DNA of 64,000 nucleotides from Oceanispirochaeta sp. (GTDB lineage: Bacteria > Spirochaetota > Spirochaetia > DSM-2461): assembly GCA_963666275.2 (NCBI GenBank), contig CAXXOA010000002.1, forward strand, positions 832,001 through 896,000. Reading direction: 5' to 3'. The position numbers and the translations under genes were made by a program. Of this stretch, positions 40,312 to 50,918 are shown piece by piece; the stretch's first letter is position 1, and every line of letters starts with the position of its first letter. A model generated the notes under the pieces. The model did not search any database, had not been told where the DNA came from, and was given only the letters and a program-made list of their open reading frames with translations.

Positions 40312-41298
40312 TCAGAGTCTGTCGATTATGGTGACATCGTAGAACAGTTCCCTTTTCAGGTATTCCCGGGAATCGGGCTGCTCAATGAATCCCACCAGAT
40401 TTTCCACCGCCGCCGCTCCGATTTCAGCGGTAGGCTGGGAAATAACAGAAACAGGAATTTTAAGGTAGTCAAACCATTTATTATCATCATAGGTGATTAT
40501 TTTTATTTTTGCCTGCTCTTCCGGGGGCAGATCGTTTAAGACGCTGATCACTTCATAGCATACTGCAGATGTTGCGCAAATAATTCCATCCAGCTTGTTC
40601 TCTCTGATAAAATTCTGAATGAGAGGGTAGGAATTTTCCTTGTGATAACTCAGGCTCAGTACTGCCGGAGGCTGAGGGGATTCCGCTTCCTGCTGAAATG
40701 TCTTATACCCCAGAATCCTCTGTTTTATAGTATATACCGTATCGGCGTATCCTATGAATCCAATTCTCTGAGCTCCTTTGGATTGCAGATGTCCGGCTCC
40801 CAGGTAGCTGCTGTTCAGATTGTTGATCCCTATAAACAGGAAGTTATGATTTTTATACTGCCTGTCAATCAATACAACGGGGATATCAACTGTTGCAAGC
40901 ATTTTAGGCATTTTTTCTGAAGCAATTGGCGCAAGAATCAGTCCGCTTACATTGCGGTCCAGCAGCATTTTAATATTTTTGGACTCTTTCTCTGCATCAT
41001 CCTCGGAGTCGCAGACAATAATGGAAATTCCCATGTCAAAAGCCACGGTTTCAATTGCCTTTGTGACAGAGACATAATAGTCTTCCCTGATGTCCGCGAT
41101 GATAACCCCGACATACTCTATCTGATTGCCCCGTTTGGATTTAACACCTCTGTAGTTCAGTTCCTCCATAGCTCTGATGACAGCCTCTTTGGTTTCCTGG
41201 TTCACATGCCTGGTTTTGTTAATCACATGGGAGACTGTTGTGATGGAAACACCCACTTTCTCAGCTATGGTTTTCATGGTGATATTCTTCTGCTTCAT
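40312..41298 (-). CDS. LacI family regulator
   Basis: TMKTIAEKVGVSITTVSHVIN HTH plus sugar-binding domain. ATG 41298 preferred. Confidence 0.93.
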   Translation of the reverse strand: MKQKNITMKTIAEKVGVSITTVSHVINKTRHVNQETKEAVIRAMEELNYRGVKSKRGNQIEYVGVIIADIREDYYVSVTKAIETVAFDMGISIIVCDSEDDAEKESKNIKMLLDRNVSGLILAPIASEKMPKMLATVDIPVVLIDRQYKNHNFLFIGINNLNSSYLGAGHLQSKGAQRIGFIGYADTVYTIKQRILGYKTFQQEAESPQPPAVLSLSYHKENSYPLIQNFIRENKLDGIICATSAVCYEVISVLNDLPPEEQAKIKIITYDDNKWFDYLKIPVSVISQPTAEIGAAAVENLVGFIEQPDSREYLKRELFYDVTIIDRL

Positions 41299-41358
41299 AG
41301 GTTCAATGTACCCTGAGATTCCGGGTTTGGCAAGAATCAATAAAAAAATATCGTAAAA

Positions 41359-41405
41359 TTTGCGCAAAAAAAGTTGTTGACGTGCGCAAAAAGTGGGGTG
41401 ATAAT
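41359..41405 (+). promoter_or_regulatory. sigma70 promoter overlapped by two TGCGCA-centred candidate LacI operators
   Basis: TTGACG (41377-82), 17 nt, GATAAT (41400-05). TTTGCGCAAA at 41359-68 and GTGCGCAAA at 41382-90. Confidence 0.65.
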
Positions 41406-41435
41406 GAGCCCAGATAAGCCAAATAAGGAATTGTG

Positions 41436-42476
41436 ATGAAAGCTGTTATTTTAGAAGAAAAGGGCAGTATCAGCCTGAGAGATATTGAAGTTGAAGACAG
41501 AGTCGGTCCGGATGATGTCAAAATCAAACCGGCGGCAGTAGGTATCTGCGGAAGCGATGTCCACTATTACCTTGAAGGAAATATTGGAGATTTTGTTGTC
41601 CGGGAACCCATGATTCTGGGGCATGAAGCCAGCGGTGTTGTCACAGAGGTCGGTGAAAACGTCAAACATCTGAAAGTGGGGGACAGGGTCTGTATGGAGC
41701 CGGGGATTCCTGATTTTAAAAGCAGTGAGACCCTTCAGGGAATGTACAATCTGGATCCGGCTGTCGTGTTCTGGGCAACCCCGCCAGTCCACGGCTGTCT
41801 GAGGGAGTCTGTGGTTCACCCCGGAAGCCTCACTTTCAAGCTCCCGGAAAATGTCTCTTTTGACGAAGGCGCTCTGGTGGAGCCTGTTGCCATTGGTATG
41901 CACTCTGCCAACAAAGCAGAAATCTCTTCTGGGGATACGGCTCTGGTTCTGGGAGCGGGGACCATCGGTATAGTCACGGCTCTGGCTGCGGAGGCTTCGG
42001 GCTGTTCCAAAGTATTTATTGCCGATTTAAAAGCGGAGAAACTGGATTTTGTCCGTAATCATTACGGAGATAAAATCACAGTTGTTGATCTGAAAACCCA
42101 GACAGTAAAGGACGTTCTGTCCGCTCATGATGTGGATCTTGTGGATATTGTATTTGAAGCCAGCGGAAGCGCTAAAGCCTATGAGGGCATTGCCGACTTT
42201 GCCAGACCCGGAGGGACCATCGTGCTGATTGGTATGCCCGGCGGACCTGTTCCTCTGGATGTTGTAGCCCTTCAGGCGAAAGAGCTGAGCATAAAAACGA
42301 TCTTCCGTTACGTGAATATCTACCCCAGGGTTATCAATCTTATTGCCTCGGGCAAATTGAATGTGAAACCCCTGGTAACAAAAAAATACAAATTCAAAGA
42401 GGCTGTAGAGGCTTTTGAGTTTGCTTCAACCCTGCCGGGTGATCAGATCAAAATCATGATCGAAACAGGGTTCTAG
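41436..42476 (+). CDS. MDR-family polyol dehydrogenase (xylitol/sorbitol dehydrogenase, D-xylulose reductase type)
   Basis: [31 protein letters not shown] and GAGTIG. Confidence 0.85.
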   Translation: MKAVILEEKGSISLRDIEVEDRVGPDDVKIKPAAVGICGSDVHYYLEGNIGDFVVREPMILGHEASGVVTEVGENVKHLKVGDRVCMEPGIPDFKSSETLQGMYNLDPAVVFWATPPVHGCLRESVVHPGSLTFKLPENVSFDEGALVEPVAIGMHSANKAEISSGDTALVLGAGTIGIVTALAAEASGCSKVFIADLKAEKLDFVRNHYGDKITVVDLKTQTVKDVLSAHDVDLVDIVFEASGSAKAYEGIADFARPGGTIVLIGMPGGPVPLDVVALQAKELSIKTIFRYVNIYPRVINLIASGKLNVKPLVTKKYKFKEAVEAFEFASTLPGDQIKIMIETGF

Positions 42477-42524
42477 AAAAATTGGAAGAATGGCTAAGGC
42501 CATAAAAAATAAAGGAGTTACTAT

Positions 42525-43481
42525 ATGAAAAAGATTTTATTGGTAATGCTGACAATCTGTCTGGCAGCTCTTCCTGTCTTCTCAAGCGGACAGGCTGAAG
42601 ATGATGGAACATTTAAGGTCGCCTACATCGCCAGAGCCCAGGCGGATTCATTCGCTGCCTGGCTGGCAAATGCGGTTATTGAGGAAGCGGACAAGTATGA
42701 TGATATTTCTGTAAAGGTTTTTGATGGACAGGCTTCGGATGATAAAGTCAATTCTCTGATTGAAAATGCCATTGTGAACAAATTCGACGCTATCATTATT
42801 CAGCCCAATAATGGGGAATCTCAGAGACCCTATGCGGAAAAAGTTGTTGATGCGGGAATTATCTGCATCACCACCAATGCCAGAATTGCCGGAATACCCG
42901 GAGCGTCCTCTGTCGATGCCGATCCCTATGAGCAGGCGGCGGTTAATGCCCGTGCTGCGATCGAACAGGTTCCCCAGGGAGCCAATGTGGTTGTTCTCAA
43001 GGGCCCTCCCGGAAACTTCCATGCTGATGAAAGAAGAAAAAGCTGGGAAAATGAGTTTTTTGCCAAAAGACCTGATGTTACAATAGTGGGAGAGCAGATC
43101 GCCAACTGGAATAAAGACGAAGCTATGGCTCTTATGGAAGACTGGGTTCAGGCAAACGACAGTATCGATGCCATTATTGCCATGAATGACAATATGTGTG
43201 CGGGTGCTCTGGAAGTTGTGAAAGACAATCCCAAGTTTGACGGGATCCTGGCTTACGGTGTTGACGGAACAGCAGAAGCTACTCTCCTTATTCAGGAAGG
43301 ACTGATGACCTCAACCTGTCTGCAGAGTGCCTATGCACTGGCTGAAAATCTCCTTTCTGTAAGTCATAAACTGCTTACCGGAGAAGAGACTCAGATCGAC
43401 GTGGATATCGACGCACCTCTTGTGACAAAAGAGAATGTTCAGCAGTACATCGATATGCATAAAAGAGCCGGTGCTCTTTAA
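42525..43481 (+). CDS. Sugar/polyol ABC transporter substrate-binding protein
   Basis: RbsB-like fold motifs (ANWNKDEA, AMNDNM, GVDG); AAGGAG RBS. Confidence 0.9.
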   Translation: MKKILLVMLTICLAALPVFSSGQAEDDGTFKVAYIARAQADSFAAWLANAVIEEADKYDDISVKVFDGQASDDKVNSLIENAIVNKFDAIIIQPNNGESQRPYAEKVVDAGIICITTNARIAGIPGASSVDADPYEQAAVNARAAIEQVPQGANVVVLKGPPGNFHADERRKSWENEFFAKRPDVTIVGEQIANWNKDEAMALMEDWVQANDSIDAIIAMNDNMCAGALEVVKDNPKFDGILAYGVDGTAEATLLIQEGLMTSTCLQSAYALAENLLSVSHKLLTGEETQIDVDIDAPLVTKENVQQYIDMHKRAGAL

Positions 43482-43499
43482 TCTCTGAAGTTGTTGGTT

Positions 43500-43534
43500 A
43501 AGCCCCGACGGCGGAATGTCGCCGGGGCTTTTTT
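43500..43534 (+). terminator. Intra-operon hairpin with U-tract after the SBP gene
   Basis: AAGCCCCG...CGGGGCTTTTTT. Confidence 0.7.
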
Positions 43535-43558
43535 GTCTGTAATAAATTAGGAAAACAA

Positions 43559-45067
43559 ATGGAAGAAATCAAACTGAAGGTTTCCAATATTGAAAAATCC
43601 TTTCCCGGTGTTAAGGCCCTGAAAAGCATCAATTTTTCCGTGCATAAGGGGACTGTCCACGTTCTGTGCGGAGAGAACGGTGCAGGAAAGTCAACGCTCA
43701 TGAAAATCATCAATGGTGTTTATAAACCAGATGACGGCATCATTGAAATTGACGGGAAAGCTGTGGATATCAAAAATCCCATTCAGGCCCGGGCTCATGG
43801 AATATCTATGATTTTTCAGGAACTCAACTACATTCCGGAAATGACAGTTGAAGAGAGCCTTTTTGTCGGGCGTCTTCCGGTCAATAAATTTCAAAAAGTA
43901 GACTGGAAAGAGATCAGACGCAGAACAAAAGAGCTGCTGGAAGCAGAAGGGCTTCCCTATGCACCCACTACCAGACTCCGGGATCTCTCTGTTTCGGATA
44001 TACAGATGCTGGAGATACTGAAGGCTATCTCTTACAAGTCAGAGATTGTCATAATGGATGAGCCCACTTCGGCTATCACACAGAAAGAAGTGGCTCTTTT
44101 ATTTGAAAAGATTCAGAAGCTGAAAAGTAACGGTGTCAGTATTATCTATATCTCCCACAAGATGGATGAGATTTTTCAGATCGCCGATGAAATTACAGTA
44201 CTGAGAGACGGCAGTGTTATTGAAACACGGAATAAAGACGACATTACCATTGATGAAGTGATTGCCCTCATGGTCGGCAGGGAGCTGTCCAGCGAATATC
44301 CCAAGGAAGAAGTTTCTATGGGAGAGGAAATCCTTGCTGTCAGGAATTTTACCAATCCAGGTTTTTTTGAAGACATCAGTTTTAACCTGAAAGAAGGGGA
44401 AATTGTCGGTTTTTCCGGTCTTATGGGCGCCGGCAGGACGGAAGTCATGCGGGCTGTCTTTGGACTGGATCCCTTTCAGGAGGGGGAAATTTCCAAAAAC
44501 GGCCTGAAAATTAATAATTCAACTGTAGAGAAAAGTATAAAGAACGGAATCGTCATGCTGTCGGAAGACAGGAGACGCTACGGGATTATCCCTGTGAGAG
44601 GGGTCCGGGAAAATGTCTCTCTGGCCAACCTGAAAAAGTTTTTTTACAGGGGGCATCTCCACAAAAAACAGGAACTCCAGACCATACAGGAAATCTGCAG
44701 CCAGATGAATGTGAAAACACCGACACTGGAAACGTCTATAGATTCCCTGAGCGGGGGAAATCAGCAGAAGGTTGTTCTGGCAAAATGGATGATCAATGAC
44801 CCGGATGTTCTGATTATGGATGAACCTACCAGGGGCATCGACATCGGAGCCAAGTTTGAAATCTATAAACTGATGACCTCCTTTGTGAAAAAGAAGAAAG
44901 CCATCATTATGGTTTCTTCGGAGCTTCCGGAACTGATCGGAATGTGTGACCGCATTTATGTCATGTCCAAAGGCAGGCTCATGGGATGTCTCAACCGGGA
45001 CGAATTCTCTCAGGAAACAATTATGAAAATGGCAACGGGTGTCATGAAAAAGGAGTCTGAAAAATGA
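43559..45067 (+). CDS. Sugar ABC transporter ATP-binding protein (RbsA/MglA type)
   Basis: GENGAGKST, MDEPT, LSGGNQQK and DEPTRGID. Confidence 0.95.
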   Translation: MEEIKLKVSNIEKSFPGVKALKSINFSVHKGTVHVLCGENGAGKSTLMKIINGVYKPDDGIIEIDGKAVDIKNPIQARAHGISMIFQELNYIPEMTVEESLFVGRLPVNKFQKVDWKEIRRRTKELLEAEGLPYAPTTRLRDLSVSDIQMLEILKAISYKSEIVIMDEPTSAITQKEVALLFEKIQKLKSNGVSIIYISHKMDEIFQIADEITVLRDGSVIETRNKDDITIDEVIALMVGRELSSEYPKEEVSMGEEILAVRNFTNPGFFEDISFNLKEGEIVGFSGLMGAGRTEVMRAVFGLDPFQEGEISKNGLKINNSTVEKSIKNGIVMLSEDRRRYGIIPVRGVRENVSLANLKKFFYRGHLHKKQELQTIQEICSQMNVKTPTLETSIDSLSGGNQQKVVLAKWMINDPDVLIMDEPTRGIDIGAKFEIYKLMTSFVKKKKAIIMVSSELPELIGMCDRIYVMSKGRLMGCLNRDEFSQETIMKMATGVMKKESEK

Positions 45068-46056
45068 AATTCAGTTCAAAAAAAATAGATCATATGTGGA
45101 GCAATGCGAAAGACAGATACAGCATCATTCTGGTTCTGATCTTTTTAACAGTTATTTCAACGCTTATAAATCCCAATTTTCTGACAGCCGGTAATATGTC
45201 CAATGTTTCCCGTCAGATTGCGGTAACAACAATCCTGGCGTTCGGTGAAACCATCCTGATCATTTCGGGAATGCTCGATCTTTCCTCCGGGTCGGTACTG
45301 GCTCTGTCAGGGGTTCTTTCTGTTGCCGTTTTCAAAGCGACGGGAAACCTTTTACTTGCCTTTTTCGTGGCTATTTTCGTGGCGGTTTTCTGCAACCTTA
45401 TTAATGCCCTTATGGTAACCCGGTTCAAAACTCCTCCCTTTATTGCCACCCTGGCAATGCAGGCTATGGCCCGGGGAGCCGCCCTTCTGTACACTAGCGG
45501 GCAGAATATCTATCAGATCGACAGATACACCGTTTTCGGTCAGGGCTTTGTGGGATTCCTTCCCACTCCGGTGGTCTTTCTGATCGTTCTGTTCATTCTG
45601 ACCTGGTATATTCTTAAGCATACCCGATTCGGCCGGTCCCTGTTTGCCATCGGGGGCAATGAAGAGGCTGCCATCGCCTCGGGAATCAGCGTCAACCGGA
45701 ACAAGGTTATTGCCTACATGCTCAATGGTGTCCTTGTCGGTATTGCAGGTGTTCTGTTCATGTCCCGTGTTAACTCAGGCCTTCCCAACGGCGCCATCAA
45801 CTACGAGTTCCAGGCTCTGACCTCTTCGATCATAGGAGGAACCAGCTTTTCCGGCGGTATCGGAACGGCAGGAGGAACCGTGGCCGGTGCTTTTATTGTG
45901 GGATTCCTCAACAACATAATGAACCTGACCAATGTGAACTCCTATCTGCAGCAGATCATCCGGGGTGCGATCATCGCACTGGCTGTTATCTATGATATCA
46001 ATTCCAAGTCAAAACGGGATAAGAAAAAACTCGGAAACATCACGGAAAAGAAATGA
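45064..46056 (+). CDS. Sugar ABC transporter permease
   Basis: DLSSGS, PPFIATL, GGNEEAA and IGGTSFSGG. Confidence 0.95.
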   Translation: MKFSSKKIDHMWSNAKDRYSIILVLIFLTVISTLINPNFLTAGNMSNVSRQIAVTTILAFGETILIISGMLDLSSGSVLALSGVLSVAVFKATGNLLLAFFVAIFVAVFCNLINALMVTRFKTPPFIATLAMQAMARGAALLYTSGQNIYQIDRYTVFGQGFVGFLPTPVVFLIVLFILTWYILKHTRFGRSLFAIGGNEEAAIASGISVNRNKVIAYMLNGVLVGIAGVLFMSRVNSGLPNGAINYEFQALTSSIIGGTSFSGGIGTAGGTVAGAFIVGFLNNIMNLTNVNSYLQQIIRGAIIALAVIYDINSKSKRDKKKLGNITEKK

Positions 46057-47540
46057 AAACAGTAATCGGAATAGACAACGGAACCCAGAGTACCAAGGTT
46101 GTCTTCTATGACTATGAGAATAAAACCATCGCCGCTTCAGCTACGGCCCCCCATGATCTGATCAGCCTGGACGACGGCAGCCGGGAACAGAAGGCCCAGT
46201 GGTGGATCACCGCCCTGGAAAACTGCTTTGCCGCGATCGATCCTGAAATCCGAAAGACCGCTCAGGCCGTGGGCGTTTCAGGACAGCAGCACGGCTTTGT
46301 TCCCCTGGACAGCGAGGGGAATGTTCTGAGGGATGTGAAACTCTGGTGCGACACCTCCACTGCCGGAGAGTGCCGGGAACTGACCGAGTCCTTCGGGGGA
46401 GACGAGAAACTCCTGGAGGAGACAGGAAATCTGGTTCTGCCCGGTTATACGGCTTCGAAAATCCTGTGGCTCAAAAAGAACGAGCCCGCGTCCTATGAGA
46501 AAATGGCCCATGTGCTTCTGCCCCACGACTATCTGAACTTCTATCTGACCGGTGAGTATGTGATGGAGTTCGGCGATGCCTCGGGAACAGCCCTTCTGGA
46601 TGTGAAGAACCGCTGCTGGCACAAAGAGCTGGTTCGCGCTCTGGATCCCCAGCGGGATCTGATGAGTACCCTGCCCCGGCTGATTCAGAGCTGGGAGCCA
46701 GCGGGAACCGTGAAGGCCGATGTGGCGGAAAAACTGGGAATCCCTGCGGGGATACCCGTTTCCTCCGGCGGAGGAGACAATATGATGGGCGCCGTGGGAA
46801 CCGGAACGGTCCGGGACGGGGTTCTGACCATGAGTCTGGGAACCAGCGGAACCCTCTACGGATATTCGGACAGCCCCATTATTGATCCCGACGGGAACCT
46901 GGCGGCCTTCTGCTCCAGTACCGGCGGCTGGCTGCCCCTGCTGTGCACCATGAACTGTACGGTGGCTACCGAACAGATGCGTCAGCTTTTCGACTACGGC
47001 GTGAAAGAGTTCGACAAACTGGGCGCATCGGCCCCCGCCGGAAGCGAGGGGATTCTGACTCTTCCTTTCTTCAACGGGGAGCGGACGCCCAACTTCCCCA
47101 ACGGCCGGGGCTGTATTGTGGGGATGACTTCATCCAATGTGAAGAAGGAGAACATCTTCCGCTCCGCCCTGGAATCGGCGATTCTGGGAATGAAACTGGG
47201 GCTGGACTCGTTTCAGAAGCTGGGATTCCAGGCCCGTGAGGTCCGCCTGATCGGAGGGGGAGCCAACTCTCCCGTGTGGCGTCAGATTACGGCGGATATT
47301 CTGAACCTGCCTGTAGTCGTGCCTGTCACCGCCGAAGCGGCGGCTCTGGGGGGAGCCCTCCAGGCCCTGTGGTGCCTGAAAAAGGACGAGGGGACGGATA
47401 TCAATACTCTGGTGGATGAGCATGTGGCGCTGGATGAGAGTCAGAGCTGCCGGCCCGACCCGGAGAATGTGAAAATCTATGAAAAGACCTATGCCGAATA
47501 CACCCGTTATGTTGAGGCATTGAGCGGTCTTTTCAGTTAA
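46053..47540 (+). CDS. xylB: Xylulokinase
   Basis: GIDNGTQSTK, SGQQHG, LWCD, GGGDNM, SLGTSG, FNGERTP and GGGA. Confidence 0.88.
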   Translation: MKTVIGIDNGTQSTKVVFYDYENKTIAASATAPHDLISLDDGSREQKAQWWITALENCFAAIDPEIRKTAQAVGVSGQQHGFVPLDSEGNVLRDVKLWCDTSTAGECRELTESFGGDEKLLEETGNLVLPGYTASKILWLKKNEPASYEKMAHVLLPHDYLNFYLTGEYVMEFGDASGTALLDVKNRCWHKELVRALDPQRDLMSTLPRLIQSWEPAGTVKADVAEKLGIPAGIPVSSGGGDNMMGAVGTGTVRDGVLTMSLGTSGTLYGYSDSPIIDPDGNLAAFCSSTGGWLPLLCTMNCTVATEQMRQLFDYGVKEFDKLGASAPAGSEGILTLPFFNGERTPNFPNGRGCIVGMTSSNVKKENIFRSALESAILGMKLGLDSFQKLGFQAREVRLIGGGANSPVWRQITADILNLPVVVPVTAEAAALGGALQALWCLKKDEGTDINTLVDEHVALDESQSCRPDPENVKIYEKTYAEYTRYVEALSGLFS

Positions 47541-47560
47541 GTGAATTTTCGGGACTTTAC

Positions 47561-47597
47561 AGATACCGTGGCGGTTATTCTGTCTGCGGTATCTTTT
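47561..47597 (+). terminator. Hairpin after xylB
   Basis: AGATACCG...CGGTATCT followed by TTT. Confidence 0.55.
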
Positions 47598-47620
47598 AAT
47601 TTTATAAAGGGGGGAATAGA

Positions 47621-48415
47621 ATGGATTTGAATCTGAAAGGGAAGCAGGTCTTCATTACTGGTGGAAGTGTCGGTATCGGTCTTGCCGTGGCCAGAGCGTT
47701 TGCCCGGGAGGGGGCAGATGTTGCTATCGGGGCCCGGAATAAAGAACGTGTTGAGGCGGAAGCGAGAAATATTGCAAAAGATTATGGCGTGAGGGCTCTG
47801 GGTCTTTCTGTGGATGTAACTAAGCCGGAAGATATTGAAAGTGCCGGGAAGGCGATTGAAGAGGCTTTCGGCGGAATTGATATTGTTATAAATAATGCCG
47901 GCTCAGGGACAGAAGAAACCGTAATGAACTCTAAAGATGAGGACTGGTATGCGGTCTGGGACCTGCATGTCATGAGTACTGTCAGGACAACCCGGACTTT
48001 TGTTCCCTATATGAAAAAGCGGGGGGGCGGGGTGATCCTCAATACGGCCAGTATCTGTGCCACCCAGCCTCTCTGGTACGAACCCATATACAATACAACC
48101 AAAGCGGCGCTTCTGATGCTGGGGAAGTGTCTGGCCAATGAGCTCATTGGTGACAATATCCGTGTGAATACAGTCAGTCCCGGGCTGGTTCTGACTCCGG
48201 ACTGGTGGAAAACTGCCGGGATTCTGGCCGAAAAAGAGGGGATTACTCCCAAAGAGTATCTGGATAATATTGCCAGAGACAGCGCCCCGATCAACCGCTT
48301 TGCCAGTCCCGAAGAGATTGCCGAATACTATGTTTTCCTGGCTTCCGATAAAGGGGCCTATTCGGTGGGATCCAACTATTATATAGACGGCGGCTGGCTG
48401 AACGGTGTGAGATAG
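47621..48415 (+). CDS. SDR family oxidoreductase
   Basis: TGGSVGIG, NNAG, YNTTK catalytic motif and VSPG. Confidence 0.9.
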   Translation: MDLNLKGKQVFITGGSVGIGLAVARAFAREGADVAIGARNKERVEAEARNIAKDYGVRALGLSVDVTKPEDIESAGKAIEEAFGGIDIVINNAGSGTEETVMNSKDEDWYAVWDLHVMSTVRTTRTFVPYMKKRGGGVILNTASICATQPLWYEPIYNTTKAALLMLGKCLANELIGDNIRVNTVSPGLVLTPDWWKTAGILAEKEGITPKEYLDNIARDSAPINRFASPEEIAEYYVFLASDKGAYSVGSNYYIDGGWLNGVR

Positions 48416-48430
48416 TTCTATTTTCCGGAA

Positions 48431-49417
48431 TCACCAGCAGTGATGGACGTAGTGCCTGATGTATTTATCATAGATCCGTCGGACTGCATCCATCTTCTCT
48501 GGTGAAAAATCCGGGTATTCCGCCGCTTTAACGTTGGATATCACCTGTTCCTGACGACTGGCTCCCGGGATAATACAGCTGACCTGGCTGTGCATGAGGA
48601 TCCATTTCAGGGCAGGCTGGACCAGCAGATCCTCCTGAGGAAAGTGTTTCCGCAGTTCTTCCACAGCATCCAGTCCTGCTTCATAGGGAACTCCGGAAAA
48701 GGTTTCTCCCCGGTCAAAAGCCTCTCCTTGGCGGTTGAAGGTTCTATGGTCCTCTTTGGCGAATCGGGTATCCTTCGTGAATTTCCCTGTAAGAAGACCG
48801 CTGCCCAGGGGTACTCTGACAATAACACCGATTTTCCGATCTTCCGCCTGCCGGAAGAAGAGCTCCGCCGGGCGCTGGCGAAACATGTTGAAAATGATCT
48901 GAACTGTCTCTACTCCCTCGTATTCAATGGCTTTCAGGGCTTCTTCAACACGTTCCACACTCACGCCGTAGTGCCGTATCTTCCCTTTCTGTTTTATCCT
49001 GTCCAGTGCTTTGAAGAGAGACGGATTGTAATAGACATCCGTGGGCGGGCAATGAAGCTGCAGAAGGTCCAGCGATTCCATCCCTGTGTTTTTCAGGCTG
49101 TCATCGATGAAACCTTCAATGTTTTCAGGTGTATAGCCCCGGGCGGTATGGGGATCCAATCGTCTTCCTGCCTTTGTGGCCAGGACAATCTCCTGCTTCC
49201 TCTCCCGGAGGACCCTGCCTACGGCTCTTTCGCTTAAACCGTCGCTGTAGACATCTGCTGTATCAATAAAGTTGATTCCCTGATCTATGGCAAGATTCAG
49301 TGTCCTGTAGGCATCTTCCTCGTCAAAAGATCTGCCCCAGCCGCCTCCCAGCTGCCAGGTTCCCAGAGAAATCTCCGAAACTGTAAAACCGGTTTTTCCT
49401 AACGCTCTGTATTTCAT
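48431..49417 (-). CDS. Aldo/keto reductase
   Basis: LGTWQLG, DTADVY, ATK, DLLQLH and IPGA. Confidence 0.92.
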   Translation of the reverse strand: MKYRALGKTGFTVSEISLGTWQLGGGWGRSFDEEDAYRTLNLAIDQGINFIDTADVYSDGLSERAVGRVLRERKQEIVLATKAGRRLDPHTARGYTPENIEGFIDDSLKNTGMESLDLLQLHCPPTDVYYNPSLFKALDRIKQKGKIRHYGVSVERVEEALKAIEYEGVETVQIIFNMFRQRPAELFFRQAEDRKIGVIVRVPLGSGLLTGKFTKDTRFAKEDHRTFNRQGEAFDRGETFSGVPYEAGLDAVEELRKHFPQEDLLVQPALKWILMHSQVSCIIPGASRQEQVISNVKAAEYPDFSPEKMDAVRRIYDKYIRHYVHHCW

Positions 49418-49486
49418 AGGTATAAGTATGAAGGATTTTTATCAGGAATGACAGAAAACAGTCATACAACCCATCCATTCCGGAAT

Positions 49487-49771
49487 TCAGAGATACTCTT
49501 CAATATCATGCCCGTAGTTGCGTCTCTGATAGCCTTGAGATCGTTTCCTGGCATACTCTCTGATCTCCGGGAACTCAATGAATTCTCCCAGATAGGTAAA
49601 ACCGCCGTCTTCTGTGGCACTCTCAAAGGAGAGATAGAGCATGGTCTTGTCTATCTGTTTGAAATCTCTGTCGTACACCCGGGAAATCTTTCCCCCGCTG
49701 TCCCTTTCTATCCACATTTCTTCATGAGGCCGGGATATGCCCCGGACCCTTTCCAGTTTATCTTTGTTCAT
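49487..49771 (-). CDS. Hypothetical protein (94 aa)
   Basis: Fills the gap, co-oriented with the AKR gene, protein-like composition. Confidence 0.5.
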   Translation of the reverse strand: MNKDKLERVRGISRPHEEMWIERDSGGKISRVYDRDFKQIDKTMLYLSFESATEDGGFTYLGEFIEFPEIREYARKRSQGYQRRNYGHDIEEYL

Positions 49772-49908
49772 ATTCTGTACTCTATGTTACAACATCCCCC
49801 GGGAAAAATCATTACAACAGGGCAGTGGAGCCGAAGCTTTACTGTCGGGAGACGGAGTTTTTGTGTACTATGAACCCTAAGGAAGGAAATTTGTTCTGAG
49901 GAGCTTGT

Positions 49909-50403
49909 ATGGATCTGGAGTTTATGGCGATTCTCATTGTGACGGGAATTCTGCTGGGGCTATCTCTGGCCGGGAGCAGAAAGAAAACAGGGCTGGTTCT
50001 GAAGATGGCGGGGAAGCGTTTTATTAAGATATTTCCCATGGTGGTCCTGATGGTCCTTCTTCTGGCGATCACATTTCTGTTTATTCCCGCAGAGGATTTA
50101 TCAGCCTATCTGGGAAGTGATAATATTCTGGAGGGAACTGGACTTGCCGCCCTGATCGGTTCCATTTCTCTTATGCCTGGGTTCATCGCCTTTCCTCTGG
50201 GGGGCGCCCTGAGAGATTCGGGGATTCCCTATATGGTCATATCAGCCCTCACATCCTCTCTGATGATGGTGGGAATCCTCACGATTCCTGTGGAAAGGCA
50301 GTACTTGGGGCTGAAGGTCACTCTGGTGCGGAACCTTGTCTATTTTTTTGTGGCCCTACTGGTGGCACTGGTCACAGGACTGGTTTACGGTGAATTGGTA
50401 TGA
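49909..50403 (+). CDS. Permease (ArsP/DUF318-like), first gene
   Basis: Hydrophobic; LIGSISLMPGFIAFPL; PVERQYLG..RN. Confidence 0.7.
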   Translation: MDLEFMAILIVTGILLGLSLAGSRKKTGLVLKMAGKRFIKIFPMVVLMVLLLAITFLFIPAEDLSAYLGSDNILEGTGLAALIGSISLMPGFIAFPLGGALRDSGIPYMVISALTSSLMMVGILTIPVERQYLGLKVTLVRNLVYFFVALLVALVTGLVYGELV

Positions 50404-50918
50404 GAAAAAAAATATCATTTTTTTATCCTCTTCTGATTCTGGCACTGCTGTTCTGGGCTGTTCTGTATCTGGTGAATCCGGCATCAGGAAAGATTGTTTC
50501 CCGGAATTTTTTCGGGTCTTTTCTGACAATGATGAAAATTCTGCCTTTCACTTTTATTCTGATAAGCCTTTTCGAGGTATGGGTGAAAAAAGAGAAGGTG
50601 GAGAAGCATCTGGGAACAGAAGGAGGCGCTCTCAGTTTTCTCTGGGCCCTGGCCCTGGGAGGAACCACTGTGGGGCCGATGATCGTAGCCTTTCCCGTGG
50701 CTTCCGCCCTTCACAGAAAAGGGGCAAGGCTATCTGTTGTATTCACCTATATCGGTGCCTCCGCAGTCTGCAGGATCCCCATGACCATTTTTGAGAGCTC
50801 CTATCTGGGAGTCAAATTCACACTTATCAGGTACGGGGTTTCCCTTCCCCTTATCGTCCTGACTTCTATCATTATGGGGAGAGTTCTGGAAAAGAGAAAT
50901 TTCAGTATTACAGGATAA
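50400..50918 (+). CDS. Permease (ArsP/DUF318-like), second gene
   Basis: ATGA overlap; GPMIVAFPVA, KGA and FESSYLGVKF. Confidence 0.7.
   Translation: MRKKISFFYPLLILALLFWAVLYLVNPASGKIVSRNFFGSFLTMMKILPFTFILISLFEVWVKKEKVEKHLGTEGGALSFLWALALGGTTVGPMIVAFPVASALHRKGARLSVVFTYIGASAVCRIPMTIFESSYLGVKFTLIRYGVSLPLIVLTSIIMGRVLEKRNFSITG

Noticed and set aside
49448..49873. 141-aa plus-strand ORF
   Set aside because: Overlaps the more protein-like 94-aa minus-strand ORF and lacks motifs.
49909..50918. Frameshifted pseudogene of a single permease
   Set aside because: A clean ATGA overlap and two complete, mutually similar ORFs fit a normal two-gene permease pair.
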